64,000 nt of DNA from Podarcis cretensis (lineage: Eukaryota), in contig OX638150.1 of assembly GCA_951804945.1 (NCBI GenBank), positions 71,982,001-72,046,000 on the forward strand, given 5' to 3'. Each line of letters starts with the position of its first letter. Position 1 is the stretch's first letter. Position numbers and translations under genes: made by a program. The notes beneath the pieces were generated by a model that ran no database searches, was not told where the DNA came from, and saw only the letters and a program-made list of their open reading frames with translations. This document shows, in pieces, positions 53,508 through 64,000 of this stretch.

Positions 53508-53850
53508 GTAAAGGTTAAGGGACCCCTGACCATTAGGTCCAGTCGTGGCTGATTCTGGGGTTGTGGCGCTCATCACACTTTATTGGCCGAGGGAGTTGGC
53601 GTACAGCTTCTGGATCATGTGGCCAGCATGACTAAGCCACTTCTGGCGAACCAAAGCAACGCAGGAAACGCCATTTACCTTCCCACTGGAGCGGTACCTA
53701 TTTATCTACTTGCACTTTGACGTGCTTTCGAACTGCTAGGTTGGCAGGAGCAGGGACCGAGCAACGGGAGCTCACCCCGTTGCAGGGATTTGAACCACCA
53801 ACCTTCTGATCGGCAAGTCCTAGGCTCTGTGGTTTAACCCACAGCGCCAC
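53508..53850 (-). mobile_element. Sauria SINE
   Basis: High similarity to the other copies; gtaaagg tail, acccacagcgccac head. Confidence 0.9.
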
Positions 53851-54368
53851 TCAGTATATATTCACGGGTCAATAGCGCTCACATTTTAGCAGAGCTGGTG
53901 TAAGAGAGCACTGCAATCGAATCTGTGAGATCTGGATGCTGTTCTTAGTCAAGAACTCATTGTATGTAGATAACACTGTCCCTCACACTCATTTCTACTT
54001 CTGTAAATCACACAAAAAAAATCTAATTTGCAGGGTGCTTTTCATGAGAATTAAAGTGTCATATTTATTAATAGTTTGGGGGTGATGGTACAAGTAGTTT
54101 TTATTAGCCTCCCCATCTTAAGGTTGTGAGGGGGTTTTGTAGGGAGTTGGAATGGCCCGACCAAGCTAACTGTCCTCTTTCAAGCTGTGATAAAATTCAC
54201 TCAGAAGCCAGAGTGAGATGGAAGCAAAAGGGCCATTTGGAAACCAATCCACTGTAGCTCTCCCTATGCTACTATAGCAGGAGGAGTGAGGTGCGACTTG
54301 GAGGGAGGGGTCTGTTTTTACAGTGTTGATGCTTCCCTCCAGGTCAAGAGCAGATAGAAAGTGGAAAC

Positions 54369-54625
54369 TGCTGAGTTTAGCATGCGGGGGGATTTGAGGG
54401 GCTTTATCTCAGGAATAGATTTGAGCAGCTGCTGAGCAAAGCAAGTCAGATTAAACTAAGAGGCAGGTCCTGCGGGTGTATTGCTCCAGGCCCTTACTCA
54501 CCTGTTCTCACTTCACATTGGCCAATACTGAACATCTGACCCCCACCGGGTGGCAAAGTCCTCCCACCTGCAAGGCAGAAAGTGGCTGGTGCTGGAAAGG
54601 GGCGGGAGCAGCCGTCAATATTGAA
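54369..54625 (+). promoter_or_regulatory. GNAT1: GNAT1 proximal promoter: MARE/NRL-like TGCTGAGTTTAGCA (54369-54382), CRX/OTX AGATTA (54448-54453), ATTGGCCAAT (54517-54526), GC box (~54599-54607)
   Basis: Motifs read directly 140-400 nt upstream of the ATG; this combination is typical of rod gene promoters; function inferred. Confidence 0.55.
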
Positions 54626-54762
54626 ACATCTCAAGGGTGCAAGACTAGGAAGGTTCTGTGTGGAATACTGCTGGGCTGGACAGAAAGGCCAAACCACAGC
54701 AGGACGTGCTGGAGGTCCCACAGGGGCTTGTGAGGATCCTCTCTTGCTGAACGAAAAGGACG

Positions 54763-54868
54763 ATGGGTGCAGGCGCCAGTGCAGAGGAAAAACACTCCCG
54801 TGAGCTGGAGAAGAAACTGAAGGAAGATGCTGAGAAGGATGCCAGGACAGTCAAGCTACTGCTTCTTG
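54763..54868 (+). CDS. GNAT1: Rod transducin alpha exon 1 ([35 protein letters not shown])
   Basis: Diagnostic GNAT1 N-terminus with myristoylation Gly2; gtaagt donor; 106 nt. Confidence 0.98.
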
Positions 54869-55218
54869 GTAAGTCCACCCCCACAGGCAGTCACTAAGGC
54901 TTTGCCCTTGTTGTGACTTACTTCTCACCCTCGCTGACCCCCCTCCTCTCAATACTCCCATTGCTTAACACATCTGAAAGCTGGTGCTGTAGATGTTGGT
55001 GGTGAATGCATCTACCTTTCCAACAGCAGCTGTTTGGATCCTCAAATTCTGAGGAACCTGCCCAACGGCAGTGCTACAGAGCCACCAAGGCATTATTGCA
55101 ACCACTCCACCCCCCTTTTCCACCTCAGTGTGGGGCTTTGTCCAGTGGCATAGTGTCTGGTACTTATGAGGCAAGGCAAGGCTGAGTCCAAACACAACAC
55201 AGGGAAGGAGGTAGCAGT

Positions 55219-55222
<4 letters not shown>

Positions 55223-55264
<42 letters not shown>
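55223..55264. repeat. (CA)n microsatellite
   Basis: Direct reading. Confidence 0.95.
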
Positions 55265-55265
<1 letters not shown>

Positions 55266-56294
55266 GTCTCCTGCCCTTAGCTGTGATGCCCTCATCATTG
55301 TGTGTACCTGTACTGCTTGTTTTCTGTGAAGCATTGCAGCTAAGCTGCCCATGGCCCAGATCATGTTATCTCTGCCATAAAGGTGAGCAGTGCTTAAAGC
55401 AATCTTAACCAAAGCCTTTGGGCCCAGGTAATCCTCCACAGCTCACTTGCTGCAGCACCAGCATAGATCCATGTCTGGAGGGAAGTTCATTATAAGGAAA
55501 GAAAGAAAAGACATGCCCTGTGAATTGGATCACTCACAGGGCCACCATGACCTCGCAGCCCAAGTCAGCAAAGCTATTACGACTGCTGTCACCATACTTG
55601 GAATAGTTATCCTCCCCCCTTCTACCATACCATGCTCTTCCCCTCCCTTCCCCAAACTTGGCATGTATCCGTCAAAGTTTGGAAAACTTAAAAGAGGTAG
55701 ATAGGTAGGCTTGTCAACTGACCCCAAACCCTAGCCTGGACTGTTCCTGGGCATTTAACTGCCCTTCAGTCTGCAGTGATTGGCAATTGAAGTGCTTTTC
55801 ACAGCAGTGGGGTACCTGCTGTAAGTATCTGCACATTGAGAAGCTGTTAAAGGCACAGCTACAATGGCTGGTTGGAAACTGGCATCCCTAGATGATTCAA
55901 GGCCTCTCCCTGCCTCTGGTTGTTTAATGTTGTATTCATCCCCAAAGTGTATTAAAAGCAAAACCACTAACATGCTTCATGAAGCCATATCTTGCAGCTG
56001 CTAAGGCAAAAACTGCTAAGGAGGTTTGGATTGTGTATTCTAAACATATCCAGGACAGGCTGTGTGTCATATATAGCTCTGTCCTCCAACATTGGACAAT
56101 GGCCTGGGGGTGGGGAGCAACAACCCAAGGAACTACCCCTGCTGCCCCCATCCTTCACTCAGCCTCACCCACTTCGCCTCACCATAAACCTCCCAGCAGG
56201 TCATTTCTTGTGGATTTTGTGTCATGGATGAAATTAAGTTTTTGAGTCAAATACAGATTATAATCTCTTTTCCTTTCTATTTTTCCCTCACCAG

Positions 56295-56337
56295 GAGCTG
56301 GAGAATCAGGGAAAAGTACCATTGTCAAGCAAATGAA
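56295..56337 (+). CDS. GNAT1: GNAT1 exon 2 (P-loop GAGESGKSTIVKQM)
   Basis: ccag/gtatgt; 43 nt. Confidence 0.97.
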
Positions 56338-57011
56338 GTATGTGTGTGCACAGGCAGCTATTCCTTGCCCACTACAATAACTCTTAAAGAGTGATAGTGA
56401 AACTGTACTAATAGGAATTCCTTAGCATACCCAATTGCATTCTCCTCTGGAAGAGACTGGTAATGCAGAAGTTCAGACCGCCCCCTTCTTACAAGGCCAC
56501 TTCACATACTATGTTTTTAGGTGCACACCCATGATGATTTAAGTGAACACCTAAAAGCACAGTGTTTGTACACAACGAACATGTTTGCACATACAAGTAC
56601 ATCCTTCAAGGTGCGGATTACTGCTCCCTGTAAAGCGTGTACTTGTTGCCAGCAGCTGGAGGGGAATGCAGTCAAACATGCTGGGAAAGAACTGCTGGCT
56701 GGCTTTCTGCATTGTTTTTATCTCCATGGTAGGTAATTTCCTCTTAAGAGTTGGGAGAGGAAGAAGGGAAAATTAGCTGGTCACCTTCCCACCCGCATCT
56801 TTCCCTAGACCTAGAGACATTTCCTCCACACACACTATTCCAAAGGTTTCTTTCTGGCAACATATTCTGAAGCCATTTCTAAAATCTTTGTTCTTCATGG
56901 TGGATTTGCTTGACTCCCGTCTAACCAGACAGTACTGCTAAACTTTTCATGGCCCTGGAGAGACCTAAGCTGGTAGAGGCCTGTCTGACACATGCTGCAG
57001 AATGAAAAATC

Positions 57012-57017
57012 ATTATT

Positions 57018-57059
<42 letters not shown>
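57012..57059. repeat. (ATT)n(GTT)n microsatellite
   Basis: Direct reading. Confidence 0.95.
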
Positions 57060-57281
57060 AACCACCCACCCTTCACTCTGAAGTCTCAGGGCAGGTTACA
57101 GCATTAAAACACTGTGGTATAGAGTCATGTGCTGGAATGGCTCCAGTGCCAAGCTAAGTGTCTGTCATCTCTGGCCTCTGGCCCCATTAGCTGGCCTCTC
57201 AGCAGTTCCCTCCCTGCCCAACATCCTTTAGCACACTAGTCAAGACCTGTTGGATTGATTTTCTGCCCTTACCTTTCACAG

Positions 57282-57423
57282 AATTATCCATCAGGATGGT
57301 TATTCATTAGAGGAATGCTTGGAGTTCATCTCCATTATTTACAGCAATACTTTGCAGTCCATGTTGGCCATTGTGAGGGCCATGGGCACACTCAACATCC
57401 AGTATGGAGACTCAGCCAGGCAG
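57282..57423 (+). CDS. GNAT1: GNAT1 exon 3 ([15 protein letters not shown]...YGDSARQ)
   Basis: cacag/gtgagt; 142 nt. Confidence 0.97.
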
Positions 57424-57462
57424 GTGAGTCACTGAGGAGTGGACTTTCTCCCAATGGGAATA

Positions 57463-57822
57463 AAAAAAAGGTAAAGGTAAAGGACCCCTGATAGTTAAGT
57501 CCGGTCATGAACGACTCTTGGGTTGCGGTGCTCATCTCGCTTTACTGGCTGAGGGAGCCAACATTTGTCCGCAGACAGTTTTTCCGGGTTATGTGGCCAG
57601 CATGACTAAGCCGCTTCTGGCAAAACCAGAGCAGTGCACAGAAACGCTGTTTACCTTCCTGCTGGGGTGGTACCTATTTATTTACTTGCACTTTGACGTG
57701 CTTTCAAACTGCTAGGTTGGCAGGAGCAGGGACCGAGCAACGGGAGCTCACCTCATCGTGGGGATTCAAACCGCCGACCTTCCAATCGGCAAGCCCTAGG
57801 CTCAGTGGTTTAACCCACAGTG
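57463..57822 (-). mobile_element. Sauria SINE in GNAT1 intron 3
   Basis: (AAAGGT)n tail; TSD cccaatgggaata (57450-57462) / cccaaagggaata (57823-57835). Confidence 0.9.
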
Positions 57823-57945
57823 CCCAAAGGGAATAGTCATCTATTAATTAATCTATTTATTGTTATCATAATCAGAGGCTGATTTAAAGGGAAGGGCATT
57901 GGGGTGCTTTATTGCACTTAACTTTGCCTCCTTTCTCAAATGCAG

Positions 57946-58103
57946 GATGATTCCCGGAAGCTGCAGCACTTAGCAGACACCATTGAAGAAGGCTGCATGT
58001 CAAAGGAGATGTCTGACATTATCTGCCGGCTCTGGGAGGACACCGGCATCCAAGCCTGCTTTGAGAGGGCCTCAGAGTATCAGCTGAATGACTCAGCTGG
58101 CTA
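57946..58103 (+). CDS. GNAT1: GNAT1 exon 4 ([16 protein letters not shown]...EYQLNDSAG)
   Basis: tgcag/gtagga; 158 nt. Confidence 0.97.
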
Positions 58104-59102
58104 GTAGGAACCCATTGCTTACACCCCTTGAGGCAAAGGCCCCTTGAGGCAAAGTTACCACAGGAGTGCAATTCTATTTATTTCATTTATGAATCGCTTC
58201 CTATGAAGCATCTCAAAATGATTTCACAATGCAATAAAAACATCAGTAAAACAACTGTATATACAAAAACAGTTAAAACAATATACACAGAGACAAAACT
58301 TAAAATCTAATGCATATCATGACTAAGGCTTTTTAAAAAATCCTCTTAGAAGGCTTGTTGAAAGAGGAAATCATCTTCAACAGCCACTGAAAAAGCAGCA
58401 GAGATGGCAATGACTGGGTGCACCTGGAGTCGTGCATCTCTTCCCACTGAACTAACATAGTTGCATGTTTGGGAACGTTCTTAAGACATTTATATTTGTG
58501 CATCTCTGACTGAGAATATGCCTGCTCCATAGGCAAGTCCAGCAAGCATAGAAATCCAGGGGAGAGAACGTCCTTATGCTCAGCCACTCTTGGGCAGCCC
58601 TCACCTGCTGCAGCTGGCAAGGTGCTTCCCTAAGAAGCAGAAACTTGAAAGGTAATTCAAGAAGGAAGGCTGAGATCAGGAAACTTCAGCTTTGCTGAAT
58701 TTGAGCAGTACAGCAGAGTACTTAGCAGCCACCTTCCTGCTGCTGATTCTTTAAGAACAATGTTATTTTTTCCGATATAACCTGCTACTCACCTTGTCCA
58801 ACGCACATGGCCACAGGAAACATAGGAAGCTGCCTTATACTTAAGACCATGGATCCATTTGGCTCAGTATTGCCTAGACTTTGTAATGGCAACACTGACT
58901 TGCAGAGCCTCTTCAGGGCTTCAGGCAAGAGTCTCTTCCAGGCCTTCTTGGAGAGATGCCAGAGTATGAGCCTGCCAGCATGCAGAGCAGGTGTTCTGCC
59001 CCTGAGCCCTGGTCCTTCCCCATTGTGACTGCCCACTCTGAAGACCAGAGGTCTCTCAGGTCTAGTTCACATGGTAACCCTGGTACCTTTCTCTATTCAC
59101 AG

Positions 59103-59231
59103 TTACCTGAGTGACCTGCCGCGACTAGTGGCCCCTGGATATGTCCCCACAGAGCAGGATGTTCTCCGCTCCAGGGTTAAGACCACGGGCATAATTGAAA
59201 CCCAGTTTTCCTTCAAGGACCTCCACTTCAG
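59103..59231 (+). CDS. GNAT1: GNAT1 exon 5 ([42 protein letters not shown])
   Basis: Switch I RVKTTG; cacag/gtattg; 129 nt. Confidence 0.97.
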
Positions 59232-60001
59232 GTATTGTATGACTGTGGCTGGCGGACAACCGACCAATAAGGAAGATTGCAAAAGAGGGTGGATCATGCA
59301 TCTGTGGAAGCAGTTGCCATGGAGTAACTGGTGCAGCATTGTGATGAAAGGCATGAGTTTTGACTCCCCTTCCCAATCCACCACTGGAACTCCCAATTCA
59401 GCCATGAACAGGCCGATTGGTTTTAGGCAAGCCGCTCCCTCCTTCCCTCCCACTTCCACTTGTAGTATGATAATATTGACCTGCTTTATAGCACTGTGCC
59501 AATGTACGGGAAGGGCTTTGGGCAATTAGGAAAAATCATTCCATAAGTACTCCGTTTCCTTTTATGGGAAAAAGGATAGAGAGAAAGGTACATAATTTAA
59601 ATATCTTGTACCTCAGTTATTCATGTAATGGATAATCCAGCACAATCCTGATAGGTATACACAATGGTGCAGATAGGTGATTTTAGTTTTTGGGCTCAAT
59701 GGCCTTACCAGAGGGGGGGGGGCGGAGGTTGGGTGTCTCTTTAGATGGTCCTGTGTATTACTTCACTCACTTCAAACTCTGGAAAGCCATCTCTGCTGTG
59801 CTTCTCCCGTCCCCGTTCTCACTCAGTCCCAGAGATAATAAATGCTCACCCATCCAATTTGACGGTCAGCTCTTCATTCACCTCGCTGTTAAGGACCACA
59901 TTTTGGGGCCCCTATGGCTCACTGCAGACCTTTCCCCATCAATTTGCAGTAACACACTGGGGGACTGCTGGGGAAGGCTGCTCAGAAGGGGCCTGTCTTA
60001 A

Positions 60002-60175
<174 letters not shown>

Positions 60176-60426
60176 TAGACTTTGGCTGCCCGGATTTGTA
60201 AATAGGCGTGGTGGATTAGTGGCAGGGGTAGTGTGCTGGAATGGTTACAGTGTCAGTCTGGGGAGATCAGCGTTTAAATCCTCACTAAGCCATGAAGCTC
60301 ACTGGGCAAGTCACTCTGCTTAACCTACCTCAAAGGGTTGTTGTGAAAATAAAATGTGTGAAGGGGACAGTGCCCTACAGCTGCCATGAGCTCATAGAAG
60401 GAAACATGGTGTGTAAATAAGATATA

Positions 60427-60809
60427 CCACATTTTCCCATGTTTAAGACAATGTTTTTTTATTATAATTAAATGTTAAGAATTGGGGGTTGTCTTATACA
60501 TGGATAGTGCAGAGGGAGCAATTAGGGGTGGCTGCGAACAGGAGATTGTCAGCGGTGATAGGTTGGGTGATTGGTGGCTGTGGCAAGGCCTGTTGGCGAT
60601 TGGCTGCTGCCCCAGCAGTTGGGCGGGCGATTGGCGGCTGCTGGGGGCCAGATGATCGGTGGCTTTGGCGAGGCATGTGATTGGCAGCAACGGTCCAGCA
60701 TGTGAGCGACCCCCCCCCAAATAGCTCAACTACTCTGGGCAATCCCCCCCAAAAAGCTGAACAACTCAATTTTTCTCCACTTGGGATCCCAAAAAATAGA
60801 AAAATATGG
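60427..60809. mobile_element. Degenerate Tc1/mariner-type MITE
   Basis: TA|ccacattttc ... gaaaaatatgg|TA imperfect TIRs around a G-rich core. Confidence 0.45.
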
Positions 60810-61009
60810 TAAGTAGTGCCAAACTGGCTGTGGCATATCATGGTGAAATGACCTAAAGGGGATTAGGATAGCGTTACAGAATGCGCCTTCTGTACATTTA
60901 GGACACAGTTTTTGCCTACTGAAAGGCAGAGGGGCAAAGTTTCTGATAAAATCTGGTTTAGGGCTATGGATGAAATTGAAGGTCTTTCTAACCCTGCCTT
61001 CCCTTCCAG

Positions 61010-61163
61010 AATCGCATGCATGAGAGCCTGCACCTCTTCAACAGTATCTGCAACCACCGCTACTTTGCCACCACCTCCATTGTTCTTTTCCTCAACAAGA
61101 AAGATGTTTTCCAGGAAAAGATCAAGAAGGCACACCTCAGCATCTGCTTTCCAGATTATGATG
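61010..61163 (+). CDS. GNAT1: GNAT1 exon 7 ([32 protein letters not shown]...FPDYD)
   Basis: NKKD motif; ccag/gtgagt; 154 nt. Confidence 0.97.
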
Positions 61164-61321
61164 GTGAGTTCCCAGCGTGCAACATCCACATTGGTGTGGC
61201 CGCAGCATCTTCTAGCAAGGCTGAGGCACTGATAGCCCCCCAGATTCTGTTGGATTCCAACACCCATCAACCCTAGCTAACATGGCCAGTGTTGGAGGGT
61301 TATGGGTGTTGCAGTCTAGCT

Positions 61322-61468
61322 CTTGGATAGCTCAGTTGGTTAGAGAGTGGTGCTGATAACACCAAGGTTGTTGGTTCGATCCCCATATGGGACAGCTGCA
61401 TATTCCTGCTTTGCAGGGGGTTGGACTAGATGATCCTCAGGGTCCCTTTCAACTCTACGATTCTATGA
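61322..61468 (+). mobile_element. tRNA-derived SINE with CR1-type tail
   Basis: A box tagctcagttgg, anticodon-like gctgataac, B box ggttcgatccc, then gggggttggactagatga..caactctacgattctatga. Confidence 0.8.
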
Positions 61469-63743
61469 GCATCTGGAGGGCCACAGGTGTCCCATCCCTT
61501 GTCTCCTAGTGAGCAGAAATGCCGGAATTTGCATGGTAGATGCAAGAAGGGTGTTTTCTCTTTTTTTAATTCTGAAAAAGGCTTCAGAAGATGAACACCA
61601 GCACAGTTGACTAGTTTCAGACTGGTCTGGTATTTTTATCAAATAAGCAAGAAATGGAAAATTGCATACATTTAGATGAAGTAAGGAGGAAATAAATGAC
61701 CAAGGGCTGTACCATCATCCCACCCGCCTTTCCAAGAAAGATGGTGGTACTAGATGAGGACTATATTATCACAATGAAGCAAGTTTTAATTTCTTTATCT
61801 CCACAAAGGCTCCCTCTTGTCAACCTATAGGGTAAAATAATGCATTCGGTACAACTGACACCATACAAAGATGGCCCAAGGAACACATTATTTTTGCAGC
61901 TGGCCTAACCATGTTAAAATTCATGAGTTCAGCCATGTTGACTTTCTGAATGACACCCACTTCTATTATTTCATGGAGCTGTTAATAATACTCCTCTATT
62001 TTCTTGGGTGGATGCTGCATTAATCATGTGACTGGGGATGGGGAGGGCCGCAGGCGGGAATGGGAAGAGTTGGCCCTTTGTGCCCCCGGTGGAGAGCTTG
62101 GCGCTGCGTGTGCTTGGTGCTGTCTTGAACTTTTATTACAGGGAGAAAATACATGGAGTATTTCATTTGCTCCCTTGGAGCAAAAGGAACAAGTTACTTT
62201 CTGTAATCTATGGATATTATCTTGCAGGGAGAGAAGGTGGGTGTTCCTTTAGTGGAAAAACCCAAAAACAAACATGTTTTGGGAAAGATGCCACTAGGGG
62301 GCCTCGGTGCTCTGTGAAACATGACTCTCCTCTGCCACGTAAACCAGAACCCGGCATCTCCAGTGATCTTCCAAGGGCTGTGTGACAGACAGAAGTTTTT
62401 TTTTTAGTTTTCACACTTCTGTCTTGCCTATTATTCCTCATTTTAGTCTTTAAAATTGCTTTCCTCCAGCTCCTACCAAATGCAGGCACTTCAAATGTGG
62501 TGTGCTTCGTGTGGTCATGGTTAAAAAGTTGAATGCATGCAAAACTCCTCTTGCCTCTCCCCTTTTTTTTAAAGGAGCAATTGGATGTTGCAAATGGAGA
62601 GGGAGGGTGGCTTTGGCCATTTTCTTGCTCAGAATTGCCCCTAAACTGCCTTTTCACCCACAGTGGAAAAGTCTAGTCTCGGGGCTGATGCCCAAACTAG
62701 GACCAATGAGGGCATATATTTACCTTGGGTTCTGGCCCGAATCCTGTCTAAAGCAGGGGACACTGGCCTAGCCTTTAGTAGGGAAGCATGTGTCTAGGCT
62801 CACCCTGCCCCACTTACCTCTCCGACAGATGCTTTTCTCCTCAGCTACTGAAGTGAGTAGCAGCAGTGAGTTCAGTTGGAAGAGAAGTACTGGGTGGTTA
62901 GAGGGAAGGTTTAGAGCCCCTCATCTGCACACCACTTTTGCTTTCAATACTGGCCCCTCGGCTCCCTACTTGGTATATATGTGATTGGAACTGACAAACA
63001 GACCTGATGTCACATCCAGTTTTACCCTTCGCGTGAAATTTGTATTATTTTAGGCCCAAATATGACACAATAGTCGTTCCAATAAGAAAAATATCTGGAA
63101 AACCCTGGGGTTATCAAAATATCAAACTTTTTAATAAAAAAGCATGATTATTTGAATCCAAGAAAGTTCTAAAGTACCATTTGAAAGCCTAGAGAACCCT
63201 GGAAAGCTGCACATACTTAGCAGTCCCCACACCCCTTTCACCAACTGAGCAAGTTTTTAGGAAGGAGCTCTCCTACAAATGTCAGATGAGGTTTATATGA
63301 ATGACGAGGGCCCCTAAGATATGCAGAACCAGAAGTTACCTGGGGAATTACAGAACATCGAAAGGGATGTTCTCTGAGCAACAGAAATGTGAGGTACAGT
63401 GCACTTCCCACAGAGGAACGTTTGCTATAATGATTACTATCATGTCTAACAAAGTGATTAAGCTGCAGCAGCTGCCGTGGCAGAGATTGGGATAAATTCT
63501 TCACAGCCTTCAGAGTCCAGCAGGTGTCAGGTTTAGCGTCATGGACAGGGGGTTGTGTCCAATCTCAACCTGCCCCGGGAGGCATATGTCACGATAAATA
63601 ATTAGAGCCCTGCCTGATTTGTGGATGGAGGATGATTCTGAGGCAGGAGGTATCATGTGGAAATGTGTAGAGGCAGATTTTAAAAAACCAATTCCTAAGT
63701 GAAGCTGCTCTCTGATTACATCCCAGCATCCGTGTCTATACAG

Positions 63744-63934
63744 GGTCCAATACCTACGAGGATGCTGGTGCCTACATCAAGGTGCAGTTCCTGGAGCTGA
63801 ACATAAGGAAAGATGTGAAGGAAATCTACTCACACATGACCTGTGCCACAGACACCCAGAACGTCAAGTTTGTCTTTGATGCTGTCACTGACATAATCAT
63901 CAAAGAAAATCTGAAGGATTGTGGCCTTTTCTGA
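63744..63934 (+). CDS. GNAT1: GNAT1 exon 8 (SNTYEDAG...TCATDT...[11 protein letters not shown])
   Basis: TCAT motif and Gt C-terminus [10 protein letters not shown]; the 8 exons sum to 1053 nt (350 aa + stop). Confidence 0.98.
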
Positions 63935-64000
63935 CTGCAGGTGGGTTTTTCTCCCAGGTTGGTCAACTCTATGCAGTGGGTAAGCCAAGACCCCACTTTC

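Noticed and set aside
61322-61395. tRNA-Ile(GAT)-like gene
   Set aside because: Acceptor stem does not pair, no oligo-T terminator, and it runs straight into a CR1-type tail: a SINE head.

Overview
Vertebrate genomic DNA from a squamate lizard, probably Lacertidae given its Sauria-type SINEs with (ACCTTT)n tails. It holds two + strand spliced genes in the conserved order SEMA3F then GNAT1. SEMA3F has 17 coding exons here (3576-44306; the start exon lies upstream), including a 90-nt cassette-type exon at 9366-9455, and a 3' UTR of about 3 kb. GNAT1 (rod transducin alpha) is complete: 8 coding exons, 54763-63934, 1053 nt, 350 aa. Introns carry Sauria SINEs, CR1 tails, hAT and Tc1/mariner MITEs, Penelope-like fragments and a probable Helitron. 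The most unusual object is a 4.4-kb Ty1/Copia element (18133-22531, - strand) with a clean 5-bp GATAA target-site duplication but no direct-repeat LTRs. Each end is instead a perfect fold-back hairpin: 75-bp arms next to the PPT and 24-bp arms next to the PBS. The architecture is A-rc(A)...rc(B)-B rather than A..B...A..B. Exon numbers follow the human genes from memory; TE family names come from pattern recognition, not database search.
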